63,640 bases of DNA, filler included, from Chrysochromulina tobinii (GCA_001275005.1; 6 parts of 6 records of this genome joined end to end with filler, not necessarily neighbours in it), one strand, 5' to 3'. Counted from the whole stretch's first letter, positions 51,813 through 63,640 are shown. A program made the numbers and translations. The notes: generated by a model from the letters alone, not told the origin.

Positions 51813-54422
51813 TTACCACTTCCGCCCATCTCGTGGCGTCGACCACTGGCCTCCAGACTCCTGCCTGTGCCCGCCCCCTCGACCTCCGCCGCCTTTGCCA
51901 CCTGCCCCTCCGCGCGGCCAAGCGGAGCCTTCCGCGCTCCCGGCGAGCTCGGCAAGGCTGCGCCCGCCGCCGCTGCCACTCCGCGACCAAGACGGTCCGT
52001 CACTCCCGCCGCCCTCGCCCCCGCTCGAGGGCACGCTCGGGGAGTTGGCATCGGGTCTGGCTTCCGCAGCGAAGCGAGCGTTTCCTTCGGATGGCTTCGC
52101 AGCGGCGACGATGGCAGCAGCCGAGGCGGCAATTTCGGCGATGGCAGCGGCCCTCGTATCCGGCCCCGACCCGCAACGGCTGAATCGCTCACCACTGAAC
52201 CTCTCGTCACTGAGCCGCTCACTACGGCCTCCGCCGCCTCTAGCACCGTCACGTCCACCACCGGCATCGCCTCCGCCACTACCGCGGCGGGGACCATCGC
52301 CACCTTCGGTACCGCCACGTCGGCCACTGCCGCCGCCGCCGTCCCGCGACCACGACTGCCCATGACTACCGCCGCCCTTGCCCCCGCTCGAGGCTCTGGC
52401 ATCATCCCATGAGGGTCTGGCTTCCGCAGCGAAGCGAGCGTTTCCTTCGGATGGCTTCGCAGCGGCGACGATGGCAGCAGCCGAGGCGGCAATGTCGGCG
52501 ATGGCAGCGGCCCTCGTATCCGGTGCCGACCCGCCACGGCTGAATCGCTCACCACTGAGCCTCTCGTCACTGAGCCGCTCACTACGGCCTCCGCCGCCTC
52601 TAGCACCGTCACGTCCACCACCGGCTTCGCCTCCGCCACTACCGCGGCGGGGACCGTCGCCACCTTCGGTACCGCCACGTCGGCCGTCGCTTCCGTCGTC
52701 GCCACCGCCTCCGCCGCCGCCGCCGCCTCCGCCGGCGCCGCCGCCTCCGCCGCCGCCGCCGCTGCCGCTGCGTGTCTGCTGGCTGCTCTCAAAGGCGTGC
52801 TCTGCCTCGAGCCGCTGCTTACGCAGGTGGTCCGCCTGTGTCGTCCACACGTGCGCGAGCGATTCGCGCAGCTCTGTGTGCAGCGACGCCACCTCGGCGC
52901 TCCACTCTGACTGATGCCACGCGTCCCACGTGCACCCACCGCCGCCGCCACCCATCTTCTCACCCGCCTCTGCCACGGCCGCATCCGCCACGGGCGTCTC
53001 CGAGAGGAAGCGCACGGCAGCGGCGGCGGCGGCCGTCTCCAAGCCCGCGTACCCGCTCAGCCACACGTACATAGGATTGCGCCCCACCGCAAACGTGGGC
53101 GTCACGCGCACGCTCGCAAAGGCTGGCCGGAGGGCAAGCAGGAGGCGCATGAGGAGGGCCGTCTGGCCCAGCTGGTACGCAAAGTAGAGCGCGCCGCCCG
53201 GCCGGAGGGCGTGCAGCCCGAGCAGGAGTTCGTTGCGGTAGATTTCGAGGTGGTGCTCCATCGCCAACGTGTCCGACGCCTCACTCGGCTCCACGCGCTG
53301 CTGGCCGCGGTCGATGACCACGCCGCCATTGACAAAGTCGCAGACGGCGCGCCCGCCCACGAGGTCGAGCAGCCGGCGCCACTCGCCAGCCACGCTCACG
53401 TCCGAGTCGGCGTACGCGAGCCGCGGCGAAGCGAACTGCATGCCGAACCCCTCGTCCCCCGGCGCGAGCGAGAATGCAAAGCCGCTCCACCCGAGGTCGC
53501 CTACCAAGTATTCGCACATGCCGCCCGGCGCCGAGCCGACGTCGGCGAAAACACGCGGCCGCGACTCGTCGGCGGCGCGTCCAAAGAGCTCCGGCGCGAG
53601 CTTCGGCATCCACTCGCGGTAGAAGACGACGTACTTGCGCGTGCTCGGCACCATCCCGCGGTTGTTCACGCGGTCCACCTTGCTCGAGCCGCCGTGGCCA
53701 AAGGTGGCGTCCCGCTGGCGCCAGCGCCAGTCAACGGCCTCCGACTCCCAGCCTGCGCGCTTTTCCGCCTGCAGTACGTCCCACGACGCATCGTTCTTTG
53801 CGAGCACCGTTGACCAGCTCTCGAGCACATTCTTCCGACGCACCGCCTCGCCATCGAGCGTGTCGGTCGATACATCGTGTTCGCGTCCGGGAGGCCTGAC
53901 CGCTGGCGGTGGAGGCGGTGGGAGGGCCGCGGCCTCATCGTTACCGCTGCGGCCGCCGCCATAGTTGCCGTTGCTGCTGCCGCCCATACCACCACTCATC
54001 TGCCTCGGCGCACCGCCGTCGCGGTCGAAGTCACGTCCACGCCGAATGTAGCGGTCATCATCGTTGTAGTCGCGGTCCCAGCGGTCGCAGTCGCGGTCAC
54101 GGTCGCGGTCACGTCTACGATCGCGATCAAGATCATCGCGGCGGTCGTAGTCGCGTCCACGATCGCGATCATCGCGGCGGTCGTAGTCGCGTCCACGATC
54201 GCGATCATCGCGGCGGTCGTAGTCGCGTCCACGATCGCGATCATCGCGGCGATCGTAGTCGCGTCCACGATCGCGATCATCGCGGCGATCGTAGCCGCGG
54301 CTCCCGCCCCCGCGGTCGTCCGAACGGCGATCTTCGTAGCCGCCACGTCCACGGTCGCGTTCGTCGTAGCCGCCACCCTCGTGGTCATCGAAGCGCCGGC
54401 GCTTGTTTGGATCTGTGCTCAT
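51813..54422 (-). CDS. FtsJ/RrmJ-like (CMTR-related) 2'-O-methyltransferase with RD-rich N-terminus
   Basis: VFADVGSAPGGMCEYLV and LRPGGALY. (RDRGRDYDRRDD)n 36-bp repeats. ATG at 54422 (MSTDPNKRRR, NLS-like). Confidence 0.7.
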   Translation of the reverse strand: MSTDPNKRRRFDDHEGGGYDERDRGRGGYEDRRSDDRGGGSRGYDRRDDRDRGRDYDRRDDRDRGRDYDRRDDRDRGRDYDRRDDRDRGRDYDRRDDLDRDRRRDRDRDRDCDRWDRDYNDDDRYIRRGRDFDRDGGAPRQMSGGMGGSSNGNYGGGRSGNDEAAALPPPPPPAVRPPGREHDVSTDTLDGEAVRRKNVLESWSTVLAKNDASWDVLQAEKRAGWESEAVDWRWRQRDATFGHGGSSKVDRVNNRGMVPSTRKYVVFYREWMPKLAPELFGRAADESRPRVFADVGSAPGGMCEYLVGDLGWSGFAFSLAPGDEGFGMQFASPRLAYADSDVSVAGEWRRLLDLVGGRAVCDFVNGGVVIDRGQQRVEPSEASDTLAMEHHLEIYRNELLLGLHALRPGGALYFAYQLGQTALLMRLLLALRPAFASVRVTPTFAVGRNPMYVWLSGYAGLETAAAAAAVRFLSETPVADAAVAEAGEKMGGGGGGCTWDAWHQSEWSAEVASLHTELRESLAHVWTTQADHLRKQRLEAEHAFESSQQTRSGSGGGGGGGGAGGGGGGGGGGGDDGSDGRRGGTEGGDGPRRGSGGGEAGGGRDGARGGGGRSERLSDERLSGERFSRGGSAPDTRAAAIADIAASAAAIVAAAKPSEGNARFAAEARPSWDDARASSGGKGGGSHGQSWSRDGGGGSGRRGGTEGGDGPRRGSGGGDAGGGRDGARGGGGRSERLSDERFSGERFSRCGSGPDTRAAAIAEIAASAAAIVAAAKPSEGNARFAAEARPDANSPSVPSSGGEGGGSDGPSWSRSGSGGGRSLAELAGSAEGSAWPRGGAGGKGGGGRGGGHRQESGGQWSTPRDGRKW

Positions 54423-54531
54423 TGCGATGGAGTGGTCCTGTTCTTTGATGTGTGAAAGAGGTGTGAAAGGAAAAGGAAGGAGGAAGACGATACAATCATG
54501 GACACAATGTGATCCCCGCAAGATATGGGAT

Positions 54532-54618
54532 TTAGGGTTAGGGTTAGGGTTAGGGTTAGGGTTAGGGTTAGGGTTAGGGTTAGGGTTAGGGTTAGGGTTA
54601 GGGTTAGGGTTAGGGTTA
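54532..54618 (+). repeat. Telomeric (TTAGGG)n array at the contig end
   Basis: About 14.5 perfect TTAGGG units, G-strand oriented toward the contig end. Confidence 0.95.
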
Positions 54619-54718
54619 NNNNNNNNNNNNNNNNNNNNNNNNNNNNNNNNNNNNNNNNNNNNTTAATTAATTAANNNNNNNNNNNNNNNNNNNNNNNNNN
54701 NNNNNNNNNNNNNNNNNN
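54619..54718. other. Artificial contig spacer
   Basis: N44-TTAATTAATTAA-N44. Confidence 0.98.
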
Positions 54719-55678
54719 CGGGCTGATGTTGCTCTATTCTTAGCATTGCCGACGGCCCGTCGGCGTTGCAAGTTCCCCCGGCGGCTCCGCGTGCCGACGG
54801 TCGGACCTTCGAATATCGATGCGTATCAGTTCTGAGAGTGTTAACGTTCACGTAACCCCGTGTGAATTGGCTGTTAATACTCGGCCCCTACTCGGTTGTG
54901 AACGCAGTGCGTCACGTTGACGTCATAGGTGAGGTGTGGGTCCTTTAGGCATGCTATCGGAACCATACTTAGACCTGTTACATCCGTCGGAGATGAGACG
55001 AGATACCGGAGGGTCCGGAGGGGATTCTCACGGGAAGAGTCAAGAGTGTGTGAAGAGACCTTGTTGAGTCTAACCACGCTGTCCACGTGACGCCTGGGGC
55101 TCAACGGAGCCGATGCCTCCAAGGTCGCCCCTAGGCAGGTTCGTGCCGGCCGGTCGTCCTCTACCCGAGGAGGCCGATCGCAATACCGGTGTGTGTCCCG
55201 GCTCTTTTTACCGTTTCGTTTCAAAGACACCGGGGGGAGCCGGAACACACGATTCAAAAACACCGGGGGGAGCCGGGAGACACGCACACACGGGTAATCG
55301 AGAAACGGATAACAGCACGGCATCACACAGACGAAGCTTACAACCAAACCGACTCACCGACGCACGAGCACGAGCACGCCACGACCCCGATAATCACCAC
55401 GTCATCACCGCCAGATAAACATGCTGATTAACATGCTGATTAACATGCTGGCAGGCTGTGAGCCCTTGTTCATCTGGCACTTCACCCAATGCGCTGCTGG
55501 CCGCAAGAAGAGCGTCTGGGACGAGAGGAGGCGTCGTGAGCCGAACGCATGGCGCATCAAGAGGAAGAAGCTGAATGCTGATGCCAAGCCGGCACGTTTG
55601 CGCTCAGAGCCCCGCGCGCGCCCTCGCCCTGCCCGCACCCGTAGAGCCTTTACACTCCTCCGTGACCACACTAGTCCC

Positions 55679-58600
55679 TCAGAGCAGAACCAAGCTGTCC
55701 TCCTGCAGGAAGTAGCTCAGGAATAGGATGAGGGTGCGGTATCCGTGCCACCCGTTGGACCGCGCGAGCCGATCAAGGAGGATGCGCGATCGCGCGCAGT
55801 CTGGGAACGTGGCCGCGCTCTCGACGAGCGTCTCGGACTCGCGGTGGTCGATGTTGTACAGGTCGTTGAGCATGTTGCGCAGCGTGAGGTCGCCGGAGAC
55901 CATCACGTCGGCACGCCCCAGATGGTAGACCAGGCACTCGCCCGCCACCCACGGCCCGATGCCGTCAATCTCCATGAGCCGTCGTGCCGCGTCACGGTCC
56001 GACATGGTCGCGACGTCGGGTAGCCCATCGGGTCGGCGTGCGCGCTTCACGAGCTCGATGATGAACTTGCCCTTGCCGTTGCGATCGCCTTTCTTGGTGA
56101 GAGCGCCGAGCGAGTAGCGCACGCTGACCTTGCCGCCGGTGCCTTTAAGGTGCGCGCGGCACGCGTTCAGGAATCCTTGCGTGCCCTCGTTCTTGCCGCA
56201 CCCAACCTTGACGTACGCGTCGTCATCGGGAGCGCACAGGTGAGGCAGGCCCCACTTATCGCAGGCGTCGACGATGACGCCGACGAGCGCAGGCGGGAAC
56301 ATGAGACGGCTGGTGTTGGCCTCGAGCAGCAATCCACCCCCCTTTCCGTCGAGCAGCTCAGATGCGGTCGGCGCCTTGCCCTCCTCATAATCTCCGCTCT
56401 CGGCCATCTCGGTGGCAATAGCCTCGAGAGCTGCGCGGCGCTGCACGGCCGGCATCACCTCGATGAGCGTGCCCGCCTTGATGGCGAGTTTTCGAAGGAA
56501 GGCATTGCCCGCGTCAACGGAGATCATAGAGAAGGTGATGCCGTGCAGCAGGTAGTCAAAGAGGCGCACCTTGCTTGGGCGCTTCGCCGCGAAGCTCGCC
56601 ACCTGCATGTAGATCGCATTGACGCCCACACGCGTGATAATGCGCTCAAGCTTCGGGTCACTCGCGCAGAGCTGGCGCACGCCGGCCTCGACGGAGTTGC
56701 GCGTCAGCGTGATGGGCGGGCTCGCCGTCGAGAACTCCCACAGCTTATCCTTCTCGGGTGGCGTGAGGCACTCCGCCTTAACCTCCTCAGTCTTGAAGAG
56801 CCAACGGCGGACCGCGAGGCTCGCCTGGCCTTTGCGTGCCGCCGCCTTAGCCGCCGCGTACTGCTCGTGGCTCCGCCGGTTGCGCTTCGTCTTGTTGATC
56901 GTCTTGAGCTCGGGCTCAACGCCCGCCTCCTCCTCGGCGTCGTTGTCGTCAGCAGACGCCTTCCCTTTGCCCGTAGCCGCCTTGGCCGCCGCGCCCCTCT
57001 TGCCAGCACTACCACGGGCGCGCTTGCTCGCCGGCCCGTCCTCTCCTTCGTCCAAGTCGTCGCAGTCTTCCACGGCCACCGGCCTCTCCACTGCCTCCTC
57101 CTCGTCGTCGTCTTCCACGTCCATCACCTCTCCCGAAGAGCCGGCGCTGCCAGCCGGCACGTCCAAGCCGTGGCCCTGTAGCGCGTTGGCGTTCGTGAGC
57201 TCCTCGAGCGCCGAATGCCACGCGTCGCGCACCGCCCCGGCCTTGGGTCGGTGGGCGCCCCTCTTCTCGCCGCCACCGTGCACCGCGACCATTGCGGCGA
57301 GGTCGACCTGGAGCAGCGCCTCCTTATACTTGGTCGCCTTCGGAGCAAGGTACGTTCGGAAAAAGGAGCCCGCGAGCCGTATGTTTGCAGCCTCGGCCTC
57401 TTCGATAGTTGCCTGCGCAAAGACGATGACGAGCTTTAGCTCGCTCTGCGTTTGCCCTGGCCGGTCGACACGCCCCTTGATCTGCTCGAGGACGTCGCCA
57501 GGCGTTGGGCGGCACACGATTGCGTCTGCGTCGTGCTGCATATTGATGCCTTGCGCTTCGGAGCCAATAGTGGCGAGGATGACATCGAAGCCCGCGGCGC
57601 GCGTTTTCTCGTTGATTTCCGCCCACGACAGCGCGGTCAGGCCGCGCGCCCGCAGCACCGCACGGAAGCGCATTTTCTCGTCCTCGGTGTTGGCAAAGAC
57701 AACGGGGCGCCGCCCTTCGTCTCGAAGCCGCAGCACCTGCATCGCGATCGCCTCGGCGAGCGGCGAGGTGCGAGCTCCCTTGGCGCCTTCCCACAGCTCG
57801 CCCCGCAGCAGGTGCTTCAGGTCGGCATGCAGCTTCAGGCCCGACGGGTCGCCACGGTTGAGGCCGTCACGCTCCCACTGGCTAATGCGACGCCTGTACG
57901 TGGAATAGTCCGCCAGTGGCACGGAGCCTTCGGAGCTGTAGAAGAGCTTGCCGTTGGGCAGGGACACGTGGCCTGGCTCCATGAGCCATGAGCGATCGGT
58001 GATCGGCACTTCACACACAATGTGTTCATGCACGAGCGCGGGGAGGTACTCGACGGTACGCGGCAGCGGCGAGCGCAGCATGCGGACCATATAGAAGAGG
58101 TTGTGGAATTTGCTTCGAAAAAATGTGGCGCTCAGCAGCAGGCAGCCGCATCGGCTCACCTCGATCTGTCGCCATGCGGACGGGCATCGCTTGGCGGCGG
58201 CGTTCTGCACGGCGAGGCATTCGTCAATGACCACAAAGTCCCACGCGGCCTGGCGCACAAACGGCGACTTAGCGACGCGGTCCAGTGTCGAGATGACGAT
58301 GGTGTTGCCGTCGATGGGCGCACCAGTGTTGCCGTACGTCAGAGAGAAAAGTGTGCCGTCCGCGCGCTGCTCGACGACGTGGAAGCCTCCGCTGTGCTTT
58401 GCCAGCTCGAGCAGCCATTCCCGTAGCAGCGCTTCTTGCGGCAGCATGACTAACGAGCCGCGCCGTGCAATGCCGCTGTCATGCAGATGCTTCGCCACAC
58501 CCACAACTGTCGCGAGGGCGGTGAGGGTCTTGCCCGCCCCCACCGCGGAGGCATCCGCAAATCCGAGCTTGCCCTCTCGCACACCCGCGAGCACGCTGTC

Positions 58601-61600
58601 CACAGAGCGTTGCTGGTGCTCCCACAGCGTCGATGTGATCGTGGGTAATGGAAGGTACTCGGCCGATAGGTCGACATCGGCTGCAGATGAGTGCTTGGCG
58701 CCTCGATTGGCGCCATGCGGAGCCGCAAAGTCGCCGTCGTCGCGGCCGCCGCCCGCCGCCGCCTCCGAGACTGCTATGGCCGCTGCCGCCTGCGATGCGG
58801 CCGCCGCGCTGCTTCGACGAGGACGCCTCACCGCTGCTGCTGCTTCTTGCTCTTGCTCCTCCTTGACTGCTGCCGGGGCACAGGCGGCGGAGGTGGTGTA
58901 GGCGGCGGAAGCGGTGGAGACAGTGCAGGCAAGCGGCGAGGCAGATAGGCGCAGCACGAGGTCCGCCTTCTTGCCTTTCGTAGGAAGCCCGCGTGCAGTG
59001 AGCGCCGCCTTGAGCGATGGCAGGGAAAGCGCCTTGGCCTCCGTCTCCGCCATTGCAACCGGCACACGCGCATAGCCAGATGGCAAGGCACAGGCCGCCA
59101 GCGCGCCCTCGGCGGTGAGCGCCGCCATGGGCGCCGTGGTGAGCACCTCGGCGGGCGCCGTGGTGAGCACCTCGGCCCTGCCAAGCCTTTCGAGGCACGT
59201 GAGCATGTGATGGTAGCTTGCGCCACGCGGCACAACGCGCCATCGCAGCGCCCCGTCCTTGAACATCACTGCCGGGTAAAGAGCCTCCATGGCATACATG
59301 AGGCGCAGGATGGTGCCCTCGCTGAGGTCATTACCGGTTCCCGAGCCATCCGCGGCGACGGGGCCGATGACCACGTGGTCCAGGTCGCGAGTTGTGATCT
59401 TAAGGAGCACATCACGCCACACGCCGCTGCGCAGCACACCGCTTGCTGCGAGCTCTGCCCAGCCACCCCACACAGCGCCCTCATCGGCGCCGCCGCGCCG
59501 GGCGTTGGTCGCGATTGCATGCAGCTCCTCGAAGAGCTCTAGTCGGGAGCTCAGCCCGAGCTGCACCATCGCCGCCTTGCCGCCGTCTGCCTCGAAGTCG
59601 TCGTCGGCGACGTCCGCGGGCTTCGAGTGCGCGTAAAAGGCGCGTCGAAGCAGCAGAGCGAGCCTCATTGCTATGTTAGGGTCGTGTGCATCGTTAGGCG
59701 CCCTGGCCTCCGCTGCCGCCGGTGTGAGGGCTTTGATGGTCGTCGGCAAGTAGCATGAGCTCAGGACGGCGCGCGCGTCGAGCGGAGCCACGGCCGTGCC
59801 CGCGATCGCGAAGCGCCATCGCGGGCACTTTCCCTGTTCTTCATCCTCGAGGGTCGCCGTCAGGTAGCACGAGCGCTCGGCCGCATCCTCGTCGCCCGCA
59901 GCCGCCCCCAGGCTCCACTGCAGCCCACGCGGTGGGATGGGCAAACTGACGGTCTTCCCACCTTCCCACACCGCCGCCGCCGCCTTCACTGCCGCTCGGT
60001 ACAATTTCTGGTCGGCGATGGCCTGGGCGCGTCCCTCGTCATCCAATCCGTCCAGCGATCGGTTCCCAAGCACGTAGCCGAGGCGAGGGGCGGCCGCAGC
60101 GGCGCCGCTCGCGCCCGCTGTGCCGCCCGACGCCCCTTTCCCGCCCCCGCCCCCGCCCCCGCCGTGACCACTCACACCCGCCGCCTCCTCGATCGCCGCA
60201 TGGTCGGTGCGCTGTACGAGGAGAGGCGCGTCCGGGGTTCCGCAAAAGAGCACCGTGACGGACTCGGTTGTGTGCTCGTCCACCTTGACCTTGAGAGGCA
60301 TGGCACGTCCGAACGCGAGCACAAAAGCGGTGCGACCCTCGTGCGCGGACCGGGGGCGTCCGGCGCTCGAGCGCCGCCCGCGCGGTGCGCCGTCGACCAT
60401 GCCGTCTTGGGCGCCGTTTGGGGCGTCGCCAGTGGCGATGCGGCCTGGCGCCATCGCGTTTGCACTAGCCGATGAGTCGCGGCGGCGGGCCGGTGGCAAA
60501 GGCTGCGCTCCTGCGCCTTGCAAGGCTGCTGCGCTCGTGCGCAACAGCCACTGCTGCACCTCCTCCACAATCTCGATGATCTCGCGCTCCTTGTCACTCA
60601 TGCCTTCAAAGAGCTCGCGCGCCGAACTCAACTTGGAGAGCTCTGCCAACGTGTCCACCTGGCTCCCCTCCTCGCTGCGCCTCTTGCCCTTGCCCTTGTC
60701 TCCCACACAGTCATTGGCTGCCTTGCCAACGACGGCGCTCTGGTCGGTCTGCTTCTCGGTCGCCGTGCTCGCGATGGCGCCTGCCGTGCTTCCAGTTCCC
60801 GTATTTGCCTGCACACGCTCGAGAAGCATTCGCTGCTCATCACGCGGGTTGATCTCGGACGACAGCTTGCGCCATTGTCGACTGAGCATCGTCAGTCCGT
60901 GCTTGGACGCGCGCATAGGGGGCGATGAGAGCGCGGCCTGCAGCAACAGCAGTGAGGACGGCAGCAGGTGCGCGTCAAACGCGGCACGGCGAGTCTCATC
61001 GTCGAGGGCGAGCAGCCGCGCGTCCAAGCCGGCCGTGACGGCCGATAGCGCCGTTGTGGGCGACGCCCACGCATCGAGCAGTCTCGCTTCCTCGGTAACC
61101 ACCGGCGCGATAAGCCGCTCGTGCTGTAGCCAGACGGCATCGTACCCCGGCTGCTGAAGTGTCACGTACATAGCGCCATTCTCGCGATCGCCAGTGTACT
61201 TGCCCCAGTGCCCGAATGTGAAATTGAGTCCGAGTGCCGCGTGGAGCACGCGCAGCGTATTGCGTACCCGCCGTCCGAGGCGCTCGCCCTCCTCGCTCAC
61301 ACCCTCTGGACGGCGCCCAAGACGGCGCGTGTCCTCCTTGCCCACACCCTCTGGATGGCAGACGCTGTCAGTCGGCGTGTCGGCGTCCTCCAGCGATCTG
61401 GCGTCCTCGAGCTCGATGTGGCGGAGGGATGACACCGCCTCTCCCTTACGAGACTGGCGCATGAAGCCTACCCACTGGTTTGTGTCGCGCCCCTGAGCAC
61501 GCAGAGCGGCAGCAACGGCCTGACGCGCGAGGCGCGGCGGCATGATCCACTCAGGGTCAGCCAGCGCCACCACCCAGAGCGCGAGGAGGGAGTCGATGCC

Positions 61601-63277
61601 GAGGGCTCCTGCTGATGTGGCCGCCGGCATCGCCTCGGCGAGCATCGAGCTACACACTGCACGGAGGAAGGCGGCAGACGCACCGCGCGCCGGCCGAGCG
61701 CCGTCGCATGTACCACCGCTTGGTGGAAGGAGGAGCGCTCGGCAAGCCTCGAGAAGAGGTGCAGCGGAGCAGAGCACGCCTGCACGGCGGCGGATGGCTT
61801 TCTGCACAAGGCTCGCGGGCAGCCGGACGTGACGCGCTTCGTTCGAGAGACGCGGAAGCAGCGCCGTCGACAACGGTGCGTGCTGCCGTCGCTCGCCGTC
61901 GCCATCGTCGGCGCCGGCGCCGGCACGCGGCATTTCTGAGCTAGCGACGAGCGCCTGGGGAGGAGGAGGCGGGGGGACGGGGAGGAGGAGACGGGGTCGA
62001 CGAGCCACGCGGGAGCCGACAGGATCACCGCGGCGCCATCCCGGGAGCGCCCCTCGAGCAGCGCCCAGCGCGCGTCCGGCCGGTCCGTGGCCATCTCGAG
62101 CACTGCCTGCGTGAGCAGTCGCGTTGTCGCCACGGGTGCGCCGTCGTCGTTGTCGTCATCAGTGCACGTGATCACAGTCACGACCGCCTCGAACCCCTCA
62201 GCGACTACCAAGGCGCTACTTGATGGTGAGGCGGCCGAGGCGGGTTTCGTTAGGATCCCAGCCGCGAGCAGCCGACGGCGCATCGCGTCCCAGCCCATCC
62301 ACGCCTCATCTGCCGTGGTCGCCATCTCGTACATGCAGATGTCGCCATTGGTGTGCCCATGCAGCTCCTCCCCATTGGCAAAGGTTTGGTCAACTAGATG
62401 CGCGGGGCAGAGCGGCTGGCCTGTCTCGTCGACACCAATGCCTGCACTCACCACTAGGAGGCGGCACGGGAGCGGGTCCGAGGGGCGGCCGCCGCCGCTA
62501 GCATCTAGCTTGGCCACCCGCTCCAGCGCCCGCACCTCGAACCCTCCCCGGCCGCGCGCGAGGGCACCCTCTGGCAGGCCACGGGCAGCGACACTCTGTA
62601 CGCCGAGGGGGGCGACAGAGCCGATGGGCTTTGCGCGGCGCGAGAGCGGCGATCCTTTGCTCTTGGTGGCGCCCTTGCGCTTGGGCTTCTTCTCGTGCTC
62701 GTCCTTAACGTCCTCGTCCTCCTCGCTCGCGGAGATGGCCATCTCCGCGTCCTCGTCCTCCTCCTTGGGCGCCGACCCACCCTTGCCACCCATGCGCCCC
62801 TCCTCCTCGTCCTCTTCCTCCCCGACCTTGACCGACGACTCCGCCTGCCATGCCTTGACCGCCTGGGCTGCGGCGGCGCGATACGGCCTCTTAATGAGCG
62901 ACAGCTGGCTCTGGACCTCGACGTCCGCGGCCATGCGCTTCTTGCCGCCCTTGGCTGCGGTCACAGCGGGCACGGGAGACACCTCCGCGGGCTTGGGTGC
63001 CGGCGTTGCCGCCCGCTTTGACTTGCTTGAAGCGAGGGGCTCGTACACCTCCGATACAGGGGTCGTCAACTAATGATTTGGCGGCCTCGCCTTCAGCTGG
63101 CCATCGCACGATGTCTTCATCGATGTGCTCCTGCAGGTTGATGTTGAGCTTCTGCCCATCGTCAAAGCGAACAATATGAGAGCCGTTGGAGTTCAGCTTG
63201 CAGATGTTGCCCGCGAACCACGGCATGCCAGGATCGCCGCGGAACTGAATCTCGACGCGCTTGCCAATATGTTCCAT
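55679..63277 (-). CDS. Large multidomain protein: Tudor-like N-terminus, SAP domain, SNF2-like helicase, C-terminal AlkA-like HhH-GPD DNA glycosylase; frame breaks near 63070 and 61975
   Basis: SAP: LSLPSLKAALTARGLPTKGKKADLVLRL. Helicase: LWEHQ, GAGKT, VIDEC, LLLSAT, GINMQ, QIKGRVDRPGQ. Glycosylase: LCASDPKL, LMEIDGIGPWVA, GRADV..GDL.LR, W.GYRT. The 2109-aa ORF 55679-62008 is continuous; joining it to the upstream ORFs is inferred. Confidence 0.75.
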
Positions 63278-63640
63278 GGAAGAGAGAGCGCGGGGGGCGA
63301 CAAGAGAGGGCGTCCTCCGCGGGCTTGCGATCTTCCGCTCGGCCTCGCTCGTATTCTTACATGTACTTGTCAAGTCAAGTCAAGTCTCTTTCTCGTACGG
63401 GCTCAGAGTGCGTCTCACCGCACCTGCGATAGGCTTCCCGTAATAGGTTGTCTGTTGTTATTATGTAGTGACCCTTGGTAGTGACTTGATTTCTTGATCA
63501 ATCTTTGCTTCAAACCTTCAATACATGTAACCTGTGTTAGCAAGGCAGTGCGCCGGGTGACGTGGGGTTTGTTATCGAGTTTGGGGGGGGTTTGTTATCA
63601 GGATACGTATCCCATGTATCGCGCATGTATCGTGCATGTA

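Noticed and set aside
25682..54718. TTAATTAATTAA as a biological motif, and gene clustering across it
   Set aside because: It is an artificial six-frame-stop linker within fixed N runs; ORFs containing X and adjacency across the spacers are artifacts.
205..63481. Numerous long overlapping and antisense ORFs (e.g. 37797-39626, 56619-57908, 49268-50563)
   Set aside because: They are the expected shadows of high-GC coding sequence and have no recognisable motifs.

Overview
High-GC eukaryotic genomic DNA, most likely a haptophyte alga (Chrysochromulina-like; inferred from the TTAGGG telomere, GT-AG introns and gene families). The window is six separate contigs joined by artificial 100-nt N44-TTAATTAATTAA-N44 spacers, so synteny across spacers means nothing. 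About 25 protein genes are present: WHIM/Tudor chromatin protein, EF-hand proteins, Nudix, GDPGP1-like, LTO1-like, FkbM methyltransferase, dNK, a CoaE-HAD fusion, ankyrin, Sel1 array, ABCG, SMB-purple acid phosphatase, PARP-like, a telomere-abutting FtsJ methyltransferase, and a SAP-SNF2-HhH-GPD fusion. The most striking element is invisible in the ORF track. At 32697-35937 (minus strand) a beta-helix/Pmp-like surface-protein gene is built from 10 one-repeat exons plus 12 micro-exons of 3, 6 or 15 nt. All 23 introns are phase 0, and nearly all are centred on a TTCCCATCG-CCC-CGATGGGAA hairpin that marks the homology boundaries of exon cassettes. This is a candidate combinatorial system that diversifies protein loops one codon at a time. 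A second intron phenomenon is a family of microsatellite-built introns that carry duplicated exon ends (41589-44664; a related case at 3575-3652).
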